Shown in pieces: positions 28,067 through 38,986 of a stretch of DNA of 56,139 nt. How positions within the stretch are numbered: the stretch's first letter is position 1; every line of letters starts with the position of its first letter. Source of the DNA: an uncultured bacterium (GTDB taxonomy: Bacteria > Patescibacteriota > Minisyncoccia > Phycocordibacterales > CAIRYW01); the NCBI GenBank assembly GCA_903882905.1, contig CAIRYW010000017.1, positions 1-56,139 of the forward strand. The letters are read 5' to 3'. Below the pieces are notes generated by a model. The model saw nothing but the letters and a program-made list of their open reading frames with translations. It was not told the DNA's origin and did no database searches. The translations under genes and the position numbers were made by a program.

Positions 28067-29284
28067 TTAGTAGTTCTTTAATCTACCTACATTATCGTGA
28101 AGACGAATCTTTTCGAGAGCTTTAGCTTCGATTTGGCGAATTCTTTCTCGGGTTACAGCAAAAGTTTTTCCTACTTCTTCAAGGGTGTGCTGAATTCCAT
28201 CAAGGAGTCCGTGTCGCATTTCAAGAATTCTTCTTTCTTTTTCTGAGAGGTCATCAAGAATTTGTCCAACTTGGTCTTTAAGAATTCTCTGTGATGAATC
28301 TTGATCTGGAGATGGAATTTTTTCATCAGCAATAAAGTCTCCGTAAGTTGTTTTTTCATCACCATCATCTCCAACCGGAGTATCGAGTGATACTGTTGTT
28401 TGATCGATCTTTTCAATTTGGTAAACCTTATCAACATCTAGCCCCATTTCCACTGCAATTTCTTCTGGCATTGGATCTCGGCCTAAATCTTGAGAAAGTC
28501 TTCTTACAACTTGCTTGTATTTTGCGATTGTCTCCACCATGTGCACAGGAACTCGGATAGTTCGAGATTGATCTGCAAGAGCACGAGTAATTGATTGTCT
28601 AATCCACCAAGTCGCGTATGTTGAAAACTTATAACCTTTTGTCCAATCGAATTTATCAACGGCTTTAAATAAACCTAGGTTTCCTTCTTGAATAAGATCA
28701 AGTAATGTTAAATCTGGACTTCTTCCAACATATTTTTTTGCAATGGAAACAACAAGACGAAGGTTTGCTTTGGCAAGCAAGTTTTTCGCTTCCTCATCTC
28801 CATCCTGAATTCTTTTTGCTAAATCTTTTTCTTCGGCTGCGTGAATCAATGGATACTGACCAATTTCTTTGAGGTACATCTGGATTGAGTCGTAATTTTC
28901 TCTTTTGCTTCCATATTTTTTCAAAAAATCATCTTCAGTAGTTTTTATATCAAGAAAACCGCCTCCTTCGAGAATATCAATTCCTGCCGAAGTTAATCTT
29001 TCGTACAAAGAATCAAGAAAAACAACATCATCCTCAATTGTAGGAAAACTTTTCAAAATCTCATCATATGTGATGAACCCCCTCTCCTTACCCTTACCAA
29101 TAAGTAAAATAGCTTTTTTTTCTGAATCCTGATTCTTTTTTGATGCAGAAATTTTGGCAACTTTTTTTGCTTTTGGCGCTTTTTTTGCTTTAACTTTTAT
29201 TTTCTTAACTTTTTTTACAATTTTCTTTGCTGGTTTTTTAACTTGCTTTTTGGACTTTATTTTTTTTGTTGTTTTTTTCTTCAT
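28067..29284 (-). CDS. rpoD: Primary sigma factor
   Basis: [50 protein letters not shown]. Confidence 0.97.
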   Translation of the reverse strand: MKKKTTKKIKSKKQVKKPAKKIVKKVKKIKVKAKKAPKAKKVAKISASKKNQDSEKKAILLIGKGKERGFITYDEILKSFPTIEDDVVFLDSLYERLTSAGIDILEGGGFLDIKTTEDDFLKKYGSKRENYDSIQMYLKEIGQYPLIHAAEEKDLAKRIQDGDEEAKNLLAKANLRLVVSIAKKYVGRSPDLTLLDLIQEGNLGLFKAVDKFDWTKGYKFSTYATWWIRQSITRALADQSRTIRVPVHMVETIAKYKQVVRRLSQDLGRDPMPEEIAVEMGLDVDKVYQIEKIDQTTVSLDTPVGDDGDEKTTYGDFIADEKIPSPDQDSSQRILKDQVGQILDDLSEKERRILEMRHGLLDGIQHTLEEVGKTFAVTRERIRQIEAKALEKIRLHDNVGRLKNY

Positions 29285-29296
29285 AAATTCTTTTAA

Positions 29297-30976
29297 TTAT
29301 CGAATAATATTATATTTTTTTGAAAGGTTTGAGAGATTAAGTGATATCTCTTGAAACTCTCGAAGCAGTCGACTTTCTTCTTCCTTATCTTTCACTGCTT
29401 CGGCTTTCTTTAATCTTTCAATTGATTTGGATAATTTTTCTCTTAAAATTTCGTCCTCTAACATGAAAAGGGCTTCGTTTTGGTAATAATCTAAATTCTC
29501 TGATCCATAATTCATCTTACCTTCAAAATAAATTTCATCTTTCTCTTCTTCTGGGAGGGATTCAAGACCAGTAAGATTCAAAATTTTCTTCCCAAACTCT
29601 TCTGCTTTTTCCTTATCCAATTCCCTCAAAACAAATAAAACTGAAAGAGCTTTTCGAAGGTAACTTTTACCTTTCGAAACATTAATATTTTTGGGCGGTG
29701 AACTTGAAATTTGCTCAATTGTAATTTTTTGCATCTCGTCCCGTAAAGCTCCTTCAGGAAGACTAAACTCCAAACTAACTTTTGCTAAGACTCTTGATTG
29801 GTCAATCGAACTTTCAATAGATCTTGCAAGTGGTAATATTTGAGACTTCAAAATTGTATCCGCCTCGCTACTTTTACCTTCAGTAATTTTTTTCTTTGCA
29901 ATTGAAAGAAAGTAATCAATCACACTTGGTGCTTCCCCGATAATTTTTTGCCAAGCTTTAGGATCAGTCTTAACAATATCTGCTGGGTCTTTTCCTCCAC
30001 TTATAACTGATGCTTTAACAAAAAAGCTTTTCTCTAGAGCCATTAAAGCCGCTCTGAAAGAAGCATTAACTCCAGCAGGATCTGAATCAAAAGAAATGAC
30101 AAGTGTATCTGTAATTCTTTTTAAATAAGTCAGGTGGTCGTAAGTGAGACTTGTACCACTAGTTGCAACAGTGTTTAAGACTCCTGCTTGATGACTCATG
30201 ATTAAATCCATCTGCCCTTCAACAAGCACTGCAAACTTTTTTTCTCTGATAGAATTTTTTGCAAAATTAATTCCATAGAGTGTTTTACTCTTTTCAAATA
30301 TCGGCGTTTCTGGACTGTTTATATATTTTGCTTCTTCACTTTCATTTTTAAGGATTCTTCCAGAAAAAGCTACAACTCTTCCGCTTGCGTCAAAAATTGG
30401 AAACATAATTCTTCCGCGGAATGCATCATAATTTCCTTTTGGTCCTTTTTTTGTAAGACCAGCAAGAAACAAATCATTTTCACTCCACCTTTTCCCTAAA
30501 CTTGTGATTAGTGAATGCCATTCATCTGGTGCAAATCCTACTCTAAATTGTTTTAGGGATTCAATTGATACTCCTCTGTCTTTCAAATAAATTAAAGCCT
30601 CTTTTGAATCACGAAGATTACGCTCAAAAAAAACAGTCGCATCTTCCATAATTTCAAAAAGTCTCTCTCGTTCACTTTTTTCTTTTATGTTTTCTCTTTC
30701 AATTGGAACCCCTGCTCTTTCAGCAAGAATTTTTAGTGCTCCTAAAAAATCCAAAGCCTCTATCTCTTCGACAAATGAAAAAATATCTCCTTTTTGGCCG
30801 CAACCGAAACAATAATAAGTATTTCTCTCCGGAGATACGAAAAAGGAAGCAGATTTTTCCTGATGGAATGGACATCTAGCTTTGAGGTAGGTTCCTGCTT
30901 TTTCGAGCGTAATATAGGAACCTACCACTTCTTCAATAGATAATTTTTCTTTTATTTTTTCTACTGTGGAGGACAT
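29297..30976 (-). CDS. dnaG: DNA primase
   Basis: CPFH...CFGC zinc finger, KYINSPET, TOPRIM VEGQMD / FDSDPAG. Confidence 0.97.
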   Translation of the reverse strand: MSSTVEKIKEKLSIEEVVGSYITLEKAGTYLKARCPFHQEKSASFFVSPERNTYYCFGCGQKGDIFSFVEEIEALDFLGALKILAERAGVPIERENIKEKSERERLFEIMEDATVFFERNLRDSKEALIYLKDRGVSIESLKQFRVGFAPDEWHSLITSLGKRWSENDLFLAGLTKKGPKGNYDAFRGRIMFPIFDASGRVVAFSGRILKNESEEAKYINSPETPIFEKSKTLYGINFAKNSIREKKFAVLVEGQMDLIMSHQAGVLNTVATSGTSLTYDHLTYLKRITDTLVISFDSDPAGVNASFRAALMALEKSFFVKASVISGGKDPADIVKTDPKAWQKIIGEAPSVIDYFLSIAKKKITEGKSSEADTILKSQILPLARSIESSIDQSRVLAKVSLEFSLPEGALRDEMQKITIEQISSSPPKNINVSKGKSYLRKALSVLFVLRELDKEKAEEFGKKILNLTGLESLPEEEKDEIYFEGKMNYGSENLDYYQNEALFMLEDEILREKLSKSIERLKKAEAVKDKEEESRLLREFQEISLNLSNLSKKYNIIR

Positions 30977-30980
30977 TTAA

Positions 30981-31033
30981 TTTTTGCGAAGCAAAAAACC
31001 TAACAACTTAAAACTATAAACTCAAAACTAATT
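30981..31033. repeat. Small hairpin plus degenerate heptamer tandem array between rpoC and dnaG
   Basis: tttttgc-gaa-gcaaaaa, then aacctaa caactta aaactat aaactca aaactaa. Confidence 0.5.
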
Positions 31034-31035
31034 TT

Positions 31036-34000
31036 CTATTCCCCTTGAATTTCGTCTCTGTAAGTTGCCTGAAGATTCTCAATCATTTTTGATTTCTCAC
31101 TTCCCTTGAATCCTGTTCCTGCTGGGATTAGTCTTCCTAGAATTACGTTTTCCATAAGACCATTAAGTCTATCCTCTGCACCTTGAGCAGCTGATTGAAT
31201 CAACACTCTAGTTGTATGCTGGAATGAAGCCGCAGAAAGAAAACTCTGTCGTGATAGAGAAACATCGGTGATTCCAAGAACAATCTGATCTGCTTTTGCT
31301 TCCTCAAGTCCTGCAGCTTTCATTTTCTCATTTTCTTCAAATAGTTCACTCCATTCAATTATAGCGCCTTCTGCAAATACAGTGTCTCCAGCTTTTTTAA
31401 CTTTTAGTCTTCCAAACATTTGACGAACGATTACTTCAATATGTTTTCTTGAAACAGCTTCCCCTTGAAGTTCGTAAAGTTTTTTAATTTCAGAAATAAT
31501 ATAATTCTCAGTTATTTCTTTTCCAGCGTATTTGAATAGATCATCAATATCAGCTGAACCGTCTGTTAGAAGTTCACCTTTCTTTACATTATCTCCAACT
31601 TTTACTAGAGGCATTCTAAGTCTGTGTACTTCGTATTCAATAGCAGCCGCTTTTTTGACTTTACTTTTTTCTTCAAGTTCTGGAATGATAACAATTTTCT
31701 TTTCTTTTCTTCCATCAGTAACTTCTGAAACAACTCCACTTACTTTTGATATTACAGCAGGATTTTTTGGTTTTCTCTTTTCAAAAACTTCTTCCACTCT
31801 AGGCAAACCTTGAGTGATATCTCCACCAATCTGCGCAGTTCCTCCTGAGTGAAATGTTCTCATTGTCAGCTGAGTACCAGGCTCTCCGATAGCTTGTGCA
31901 GCCACAGTTCCAACAGCTTCTCCTAAATCAATTAATTTATTTCTTCCGAGATCCAATCCGTAACATTTTGCACAGATTCCTCCTCTTGATTTACATGTAA
32001 GTGGAGAACGTGCAAACACTTCACTGACTCCTGATTTTTCAATTATTTGTGCATCATCATCTGTAATAAGATGACCTTTTGCAAAAATTTCTTCTCCCTT
32101 GGCATCCTTAAGATCATCTGCCAAAACTCTTCCTCTAATACTCTTTGAGATTGGAGATTCAATTCCAGACGCTGTTTCTTTTTTAAGAATAATTCCTTCT
32201 TTAGTTCCACAATCTTCACTTGTAATGATAACATCTTGAGCTGCAACGAAAAGTCTTCTTGTTAGATATCCCGCTTTAGCAGTGTTCAGAGCTGTATCTG
32301 TAAGACCTTTTCTTGATCCGTGAGTTGTAATGAAGTATTCAATTGGATTTAATCCTTCTTTTGATGAAGACAGAATTGGGAATTCAATTGTTTCTCCTGC
32401 GGTATTTTGAATCAAACCTTTCATTCCAGACATTTGTGTTATTTGAGAAAGAGAACCTCTGGCACCAGATTTCCACATATCATAAACAGAACTCTTTTTA
32501 TCCATGTTTTCAGGAATAATTTTTTCGATTTCTGCTTTTGCTCCGTGCCAAATTTCAATATTTTTTCTAATTCTTTCTTCTTCGGACAAAAGACCTTCGT
32601 TGAATTGATTAATTGCTTCTTCTTCCTTTAACTTTGATTTTGCAATAATCGCTTTCTTTCCTTCTGGAACTTTGATGTCATCAATACCCCAAGTTGTACC
32701 TGAAAGAGTTACATATTTGAAACCAAAAGCCTTGATCTTATCCAGAATTGGAGGAAGGTTTGCAATACCGTATTTTGACATCAAGTCTGACATCAATGCG
32801 GCCATAGCTTTTTTATCAATTTCTTTATTTAAGAATGGATATTCTTCTGGCAATAATTCGTTGAATAGAATTCTTCCAACAGATGTTTCAATCATTTCTT
32901 CTGCAATGTTTTCGAATTTCTTTGTGTTTGGCTTTCTAACCAAAACCTTCGCTCTAAATGAAAGATTGTCGAAGTTAAAAGTTGCGATTGCTCCTGATGG
33001 ACCGCTGAAATATTTTCCTTCTCCTTTTTCTCCAGGAACAATTGTCGTCATCCAATAAGCTCCGAGCACAATGTCGAGTTTATCAACTGATGCAATTAGG
33101 TTTCCACTACCTGGTTTAAGAACGTTTTTGTCAGAAGCCATGATTTCACGAGCTTCAAGTTGTGCTTCTTCAGAAAGAGGAACGTGAACTGCCATTTGGT
33201 CTCCGTCGAAGTCGGCGTTGAACGCGGTACAAACAAGTGGATGAACACGAATAGCATTACCTTCAATCAAAATTGGTTTGAAAGCCTGAATACCTAATCT
33301 GTGCAATGTTGGAGCACGGTTTAGAAGAACATATTTATTTTTGATTACTTCTTCAAGAATTTCCCAAACTTCTGGAGCACTATCTTCAATCAATCTTGAA
33401 GCTCCTCTTATGTTGTAAGCAAGTTCTCTCTTTAGAATTTGAGCGACAACGAAAGGTCTGAAAAGTTCAAGAGCCATGTGTTTTGGAAGTCCACATTCAT
33501 TTAATTTCAAATCTGGTCCAACAACGATTACAGAACGTCCAGAATAATCTACTCGTTTTCCAAGAAGATTTTGTCTGAAAAGTCCTCGCTTGCCTTTCAA
33601 GTTATCTGAAAGAGATTTAAGTGGGCGTCTCTGAAGTTGTCCTAGACCTACAAAAGAATTTCCACCATGTCTGATTGAGTTATCAATAAGCACGTCAACT
33701 GCTTCCTGAAGAATTCTTTTTTCATTTCTAAGAATTACGTCAGGTGCATTAATTTCTTTAAGTTTCTTTAATCGATTATTTCTGTTGATTACTCTTCTAT
33801 ATAGATCGTTAACATCTGATGTTGCGTGTCTTCCTCCATCTAGGGCAACCATCGGTCGAAGTGCAGCTGGAATAACTGGAATTGCAGAAAGGAACATCCA
33901 TTCTGGTTTGATATTTGCTTCTATCATTCCCTTAATAATTCCAAGTCTTCTATTGATCTTATCTCTGTCTTGAGCACCAGCTTCTAGAATATCTTTTTCA

Positions 34001-34704
34001 AGTTCTGTTTTTAATTTTTTAAGATCTAAACTTTTGAATAGGTTATAAATAGCTTCAGCTCCGATTGATGCTTCAAAAATTGTTCCATATTTTAGAGAAA
34101 ACTTGTGATAGTTAATCTCATCAAGAACTTTTCCAACTTTGATGCTTTCAATTTCACCTTTTGTTGTTAAGAATAATTCTTTGATTGCATCCTTTGTTTT
34201 GTCGTCCTGAATATTCTTTAGTTTATTTTTGAATTCTCCATCGAGGTCAGTTAGAATTCTTCTCTTTTCATTTTCATTTATTTTTGTGACAAGGTATCCT
34301 GCAAAGTAGACAACTTTTTCTACTTCTGATGATTGTACTCCAAGAATTAGAGAAATCCTTGATGGCATTGAACGCAAGAACCATATGTGGGCAACCGGTG
34401 TTGCTAGCTCAATGTGTCCCATTCTTTCACGTCGCACAATTGATCTTGTTATTTCAACTCCACATTTTTCACAAACAATTCCTTTATATCTAATTCCTTT
34501 GTATTTTCCACAATAACACTCAAAGTCTTTATCTGGACCGAAGATTTTTTCATCAAACAAACCATTTTTTTCTGATCTCTGAGTTCTGTAGTTCATTGTC
34601 TCAGGTTTTGTAACCTCACCATAAGACCATTCTCTGATTCTCTCAGGAGAAGCAACTTTGATGCCTATTGAGTCGAAATTTTGAAATTCTTTTTTCTTTA
34701 TCAT
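31036..34704 (-). CDS. rpoC: RNA polymerase beta' subunit
   Basis: NADFDGD active site, GKRVDYSGRSVIV, GEPGTQLTMRTFH. Confidence 0.99.
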   Translation of the reverse strand: MIKKKEFQNFDSIGIKVASPERIREWSYGEVTKPETMNYRTQRSEKNGLFDEKIFGPDKDFECYCGKYKGIRYKGIVCEKCGVEITRSIVRRERMGHIELATPVAHIWFLRSMPSRISLILGVQSSEVEKVVYFAGYLVTKINENEKRRILTDLDGEFKNKLKNIQDDKTKDAIKELFLTTKGEIESIKVGKVLDEINYHKFSLKYGTIFEASIGAEAIYNLFKSLDLKKLKTELEKDILEAGAQDRDKINRRLGIIKGMIEANIKPEWMFLSAIPVIPAALRPMVALDGGRHATSDVNDLYRRVINRNNRLKKLKEINAPDVILRNEKRILQEAVDVLIDNSIRHGGNSFVGLGQLQRRPLKSLSDNLKGKRGLFRQNLLGKRVDYSGRSVIVVGPDLKLNECGLPKHMALELFRPFVVAQILKRELAYNIRGASRLIEDSAPEVWEILEEVIKNKYVLLNRAPTLHRLGIQAFKPILIEGNAIRVHPLVCTAFNADFDGDQMAVHVPLSEEAQLEAREIMASDKNVLKPGSGNLIASVDKLDIVLGAYWMTTIVPGEKGEGKYFSGPSGAIATFNFDNLSFRAKVLVRKPNTKKFENIAEEMIETSVGRILFNELLPEEYPFLNKEIDKKAMAALMSDLMSKYGIANLPPILDKIKAFGFKYVTLSGTTWGIDDIKVPEGKKAIIAKSKLKEEEAINQFNEGLLSEEERIRKNIEIWHGAKAEIEKIIPENMDKKSSVYDMWKSGARGSLSQITQMSGMKGLIQNTAGETIEFPILSSSKEGLNPIEYFITTHGSRKGLTDTALNTAKAGYLTRRLFVAAQDVIITSEDCGTKEGIILKKETASGIESPISKSIRGRVLADDLKDAKGEEIFAKGHLITDDDAQIIEKSGVSEVFARSPLTCKSRGGICAKCYGLDLGRNKLIDLGEAVGTVAAQAIGEPGTQLTMRTFHSGGTAQIGGDITQGLPRVEEVFEKRKPKNPAVISKVSGVVSEVTDGRKEKKIVIIPELEEKSKVKKAAAIEYEVHRLRMPLVKVGDNVKKGELLTDGSADIDDLFKYAGKEITENYIISEIKKLYELQGEAVSRKHIEVIVRQMFGRLKVKKAGDTVFAEGAIIEWSELFEENEKMKAAGLEEAKADQIVLGITDVSLSRQSFLSAASFQHTTRVLIQSAAQGAEDRLNGLMENVILGRLIPAGTGFKGSEKSKMIENLQATYRDEIQGE

Positions 34705-34722
34705 AGTGATTATGGTTATTGA

Positions 34723-37700
34723 TTAATTTTTTTCTGAACCTCTTTCAGGTTTTGAATTTTCTTTCGACTTTCCTAGAACTACATCCAGCGCCAATCCTCT
34801 AAGGTTTGCAAGAAGTACGTTAAATGATGCTGGAGAATTGTGATTTACTATTCTTTCCCCTCTTACGATTGCATCGAATGTTGCAGATCTTCCTTGAATA
34901 TCATCTGATTTAACTGTAAGAATTTCTCGTAGCATATATGAAACTCCGTGTCCCAAAAGGGCCCAGACTTCCATTTCTCCAAATCTTTGTCCTCCATTTT
35001 GTGCCTTTCCTCCAAGTGGTTGCTGAGTAATCAAAGAGTACGGACCAATTGATCTCATGTGTATCTTGTCTTCTACCATGTGGTGCAGTTTCAAAATATA
35101 CATATATCCAACAGCAACGTCTTGTCCAAAAACTAGACCAGTTCTTCCATCAAAAAGTTTCATTTTTCCGTTTTCATTGAAACCTGCTTTTTTAAGTTCA
35201 TCTTTAATTTCTGTATCTGTTGCTCCAGCAAAAGGAGGAACAATTGCCTGATAGTTAAGTGCGTTTGCAGCAAGACCTAAGTGAATTTCTAGAATTTGTC
35301 CTAGGTTCATACGTGAAGGCACTCCAAGTGGTGTAAGAACAACATCAATTGGTGTTCCATCAGCCATATAAGGCATATCTTCTTCTGGAAGAACAATTGA
35401 GATAACACCTTTGTTTCCGTGTCGTCCTGCAAGCTTGTCTCCAACTGAAATATTTCTTAACTGTGCGATTTCAATGTGAATTCTTTTGATAATTCCACTT
35501 TCTAATTTATCTCCATTCTCTCTTGAGAAAACTTTTACACCGATGATTCTTCCTCTCTTTCCGTTTTCCATTCTCTTTGATGTATCCTTTACATCGCGAG
35601 CTTTTTCTCCAAAAATAGATCGGAGCAATCTTTCTTCTGGTGTTAGTTGTGTTTCACCTTTTGGTGTAATTTTTCCAACAAGAATATCTCCAGGGCGAAC
35701 TTCTGCTCCAACTCTAATGATTCCGTCCTCATCCAAGTTTCGAAGTTTTAATTCTCCAACGTTTGGAATATCGTGTGTTGTAACTTCGGGACCAAGTTTT
35801 GTGTCACGGACGTTTACAACAAATTCTTCAACGTGAATTGAAGTAAATTTACTTTCTTTAACTAATTTTTGTGAAATGACAATAGCATCTTCATAGTTTT
35901 GTCCTGCCCATGTCATGAAGGCAACAAGAACGTTTTGCCCAATGGCCATTTCTCCATCAACAGTTGTTGATGTATCTGCCAAAACACTATCTTTAGAAAC
36001 TTTTTCTCCAACAGAGACAGTAGGTCTTTGGTGAAAAGCAGTAAATTGGTTTGTTCTTTCAAAATGAGCTAAGTTGTATTCTTTTTCTTTTCTTCCATAT
36101 TTAACAGTCACTTTCTTTGAATCAACAGTTGATACAACTCCTTCATCTTCTGCCAAAATTACTCTACCTGTATCGAATGCTGCCTTTTTTTCTATACCAG
36201 TTGCAACAAGTGGAGCTTCAGGAATTACACAAGGCACTGCTTGTTTCTGCATGTTTGATGCCATAAGTGCTCTGTTTGCTTCATCGTGGTTTAGGAAAGG
36301 AATCATAGAAGTTGCAATAGAAAAAGCCTGATTTGTTGCGACATCCATAAGATCTACTTTGTCTCTGTTGATGTATCCTGGCTTTCCTTTAATACGAACT
36401 TCTACTTTTTCAACTGTAATATTTCCTTTTTCATCAACTGGAGTTGCGGCGTGAGCAATAATATAGCCTTCTTCTTCAAGAGCATTCATATAAGAAACGT
36501 CTTTTGTGACATGTCCATTTTTTACTTTTGCATATGGAGTTTCAATCATTCCGAATTCATTTACTCTTGCATATGAAGAAAGGTGAAGTACCAATCCAAT
36601 GTTTGGACCTTCAGGTGTGTGAATAGGACAAATTCTTCCATAGTGAGAAGTGTGAACGTCACGAACTTCAAAACCAGCTCTTTCTCGTGTAAGTCCACCG
36701 GGACCCAAAGCAGAAACTGTTCTTAAGTGTTCAAGTTCTGTAAGTACGTTTTCCTGCTGCATAAATTGTGACAGCTGGTTTGTTGTAAAAAATTCTTTGA
36801 TTCTTGCTTGAAGTGGTCTAGGAGAAATAAATTGCACAGGAAGATTTGATTCAGTATCAATTGTAGACATTCTGTTTTGAATGTTTCGCTTGATTTGAGT
36901 CATACCAACTCTAATTTTTTGTTGCAATAATTCTCCAACATAACGCACTCTTCTTGAACCTAGGTGATCAATATCATCAGCATTTGCTTCACCGTTTGAG
37001 TTCAAAAATGCAAGGTGATTAATTATTGTTACAAGATCATCCAAGCTTAGAGTTTTTTGTGTAAGAGATTTTTCATCCATTCCCTTCTCAAATCTCTTAT
37101 TAAATCTATGTCGTCCAACTCTTGAAAGATCATAGCGCTCTCCATCAAAAAGACTTGCGACAAATTCTCTCGCATTTTCTGCTGTTGCTAAATCTCCGTC
37201 TCTTTGTCTTTTGTGAATTTCAATAAGTGATTCTTCTTGAGTTTTTGTGTGATCTTTTGCAAGAGTTGCTTCAATATGTTTTCTGACTCCTTCATCTTTA
37301 AAAGCTTTCAAGATATCCTCAGTTGTCTTAAGTCCAAAAGCTCTAAGTAAGCATGTAATTGGGAATTTTCTCTTTCTGTCAATTCTTGCATATACAGCAC
37401 CATCAGCTTCACTTTCAATTTCTACCCAAGCACCTCTGGCTGGAATTATTTTTGCTCCAAAAAAGTTAAGCCCCTTTGATTCAGACATAGTAAAAAAGAC
37501 CCCAAAGGATCTTGCTAGCTGAGGAACAATAACTCTCTCAATACCATTAATAATAAAGGTACCGTGATCTGTCATTACAGGAAAATCAGCCAAAAATACC
37601 TCTTGCTCTTTTTCTGTACCTAAAATCTTATTCTTAAGTTTTACTATAACTTTTAGAGGGGCTTCAAGAGTAAGTTTGTTCTCTTTTGCATAACTTTCAT

Positions 37701-37962
37701 CAAACTTTGGCTCTCCCATATCAAATTTACCAAAACTGAATTCAAACTTCTTTCCTGAATAATCTGAAATTTTTCCAAATTCATCAAAAACTTCTTTGAG
37801 ACCTTTCTCAAGGAGAACTTTAAAAGAAGTTGTTTGTCCTTCCACTAGATTAGGAAGTTCAACTAATGGTTTCCTAAATCTTGAAAAAAACTTTTTGTTT
37901 TCGGTGTTGGCACTGACACCAGTTCTTATCGCCATGATCTTATCCTTTTCGATTGTGGTCAT
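34723..37962 (-). CDS. rpoB: RNA polymerase beta subunit
   Basis: GDKLAGRHGNKG, GGQRFGEMEVWAL, TPEGPNIG; the start could be a later Met. Confidence 0.99.
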   Translation of the reverse strand: MTTIEKDKIMAIRTGVSANTENKKFFSRFRKPLVELPNLVEGQTTSFKVLLEKGLKEVFDEFGKISDYSGKKFEFSFGKFDMGEPKFDESYAKENKLTLEAPLKVIVKLKNKILGTEKEQEVFLADFPVMTDHGTFIINGIERVIVPQLARSFGVFFTMSESKGLNFFGAKIIPARGAWVEIESEADGAVYARIDRKRKFPITCLLRAFGLKTTEDILKAFKDEGVRKHIEATLAKDHTKTQEESLIEIHKRQRDGDLATAENAREFVASLFDGERYDLSRVGRHRFNKRFEKGMDEKSLTQKTLSLDDLVTIINHLAFLNSNGEANADDIDHLGSRRVRYVGELLQQKIRVGMTQIKRNIQNRMSTIDTESNLPVQFISPRPLQARIKEFFTTNQLSQFMQQENVLTELEHLRTVSALGPGGLTRERAGFEVRDVHTSHYGRICPIHTPEGPNIGLVLHLSSYARVNEFGMIETPYAKVKNGHVTKDVSYMNALEEEGYIIAHAATPVDEKGNITVEKVEVRIKGKPGYINRDKVDLMDVATNQAFSIATSMIPFLNHDEANRALMASNMQKQAVPCVIPEAPLVATGIEKKAAFDTGRVILAEDEGVVSTVDSKKVTVKYGRKEKEYNLAHFERTNQFTAFHQRPTVSVGEKVSKDSVLADTSTTVDGEMAIGQNVLVAFMTWAGQNYEDAIVISQKLVKESKFTSIHVEEFVVNVRDTKLGPEVTTHDIPNVGELKLRNLDEDGIIRVGAEVRPGDILVGKITPKGETQLTPEERLLRSIFGEKARDVKDTSKRMENGKRGRIIGVKVFSRENGDKLESGIIKRIHIEIAQLRNISVGDKLAGRHGNKGVISIVLPEEDMPYMADGTPIDVVLTPLGVPSRMNLGQILEIHLGLAANALNYQAIVPPFAGATDTEIKDELKKAGFNENGKMKLFDGRTGLVFGQDVAVGYMYILKLHHMVEDKIHMRSIGPYSLITQQPLGGKAQNGGQRFGEMEVWALLGHGVSYMLREILTVKSDDIQGRSATFDAIVRGERIVNHNSPASFNVLLANLRGLALDVVLGKSKENSKPERGSEKN

Positions 37963-38159
37963 ATTTTTTTATGCCGAGCTTTGAACAATTAAAAAGCAAA
38001 AAGAGAAAATTACAAAAAATTCTTTTTTCGCTTTCAATTATCCGAGACGCCGGAAAGATTATTATGATTATCTATTTATAAAATAAATCGCGATTTGACA
38101 ACCATAACACAATCTTTCACGAATTCGCATGATTATACTACTATATTTATATAGCGCAA
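37963..38159 (-). promoter_or_regulatory. rpoB promoter and structured leader of about 160 nt
   Basis: TTGCGC-N16-TATAAT (38159-38132); long stems 38053-38118 and 37987-38039. Confidence 0.6.
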
Positions 38160-38185
38160 CATTGACATTACCTAGATATTAATGG

Positions 38186-38914
38186 CTAATGAGTTTTTCG
38201 CCATTCCTCAATATCCTTATGGTTACCAGACAAAAGAACCTTTGGTACCTTATATTTCTTCCCTTTATAAGCTATTACTTCAGGACGAGTGTACATCTCA
38301 CTTGAGGCTTCCCTTTCTTCTTCTCTAGAATCAAAGTTTCCTAAAACTCCCTCAATTTGGCGCGAAATAGAATCAATCAAAATCATTGCTGGAATTTCCC
38401 CACCAGTAAGCACATATGGACCGACGGAAATATTTTCCATTTTAAAAATCTTTTTTACACGAGAATCTATTCCTTCATATCTACCACAAATTAAAATAAT
38501 ATCAGAATATTTTTTTACAGAATTTTTAGCATATTTAGTATCAAAGTTTTTTCCATCTGGAGAGAAGAATACAATTTTAGGTGCGAGTTTTGAGTTGCGA
38601 GTTTTGAGGACTATCTTTTTCGATTTTTTCTCTAACCTCGCACCTCGCACCTCGCACCTTCTTAAAGCCACTTCAATGGCCTTAAGAACCGGCTCTGCTT
38701 CTATCACCATCCCTGGACCTCCGCCGTAAGGTTTGTTGTCTACTCTAAGATATGGCTTCTCTTTTCCTTTTTGAACTTTAGTTGGTTTTACAAAATCTCG
38801 TGGGTTATAGAAAAGAACTGAAATTTTCTTTTCGTTTATTGCTCGCGCCAAAATAGACTCGGAAAGGTACGAGTTAACTAAATCTGGAAATAATGTAATT
38901 ACGTGGAAACGCAT
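38186..38914 (-). CDS. trmD: tRNA (guanine-N1)-methyltransferase
   Basis: DNKPYGGGPGMV, LICGRYEGIDSR, SVGPYVLTGGE, YTRP, VPKVLLSGNH. Confidence 0.96.
   Translation of the reverse strand: MRFHVITLFPDLVNSYLSESILARAINEKKISVLFYNPRDFVKPTKVQKGKEKPYLRVDNKPYGGGPGMVIEAEPVLKAIEVALRRCEVRGARLEKKSKKIVLKTRNSKLAPKIVFFSPDGKNFDTKYAKNSVKKYSDIILICGRYEGIDSRVKKIFKMENISVGPYVLTGGEIPAMILIDSISRQIEGVLGNFDSREEEREASSEMYTRPEVIAYKGKKYKVPKVLLSGNHKDIEEWRKTH
38581..38660. repeat. Two mutually inverted heptamer arrays in frame inside trmD
   Basis: gcgagtt ttgagtt gcgagtt ttgagga and aacctcg cacctcg cacctcg cacctt. Confidence 0.75.
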
Positions 38915-38917
38915 GTG

Positions 38918-38952
38918 TAGCTATCAGCTTTTAGCTGTTAGCTATTAGCTTA
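38918..38952. repeat. Heptamer tandem array directly upstream of trmD
   Basis: tagctat cagcttt tagctgt tagctat tagctta. Confidence 0.75.
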
Positions 38953-38986
38953 AAGAAAAACATAATAAAAGCAAATATAGCTTTAC

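Noticed and set aside
38581-38952. Short repeats as a possible CRISPR array
   Set aside because: Units are 7 bp with no unique spacers, and no cas genes are present.
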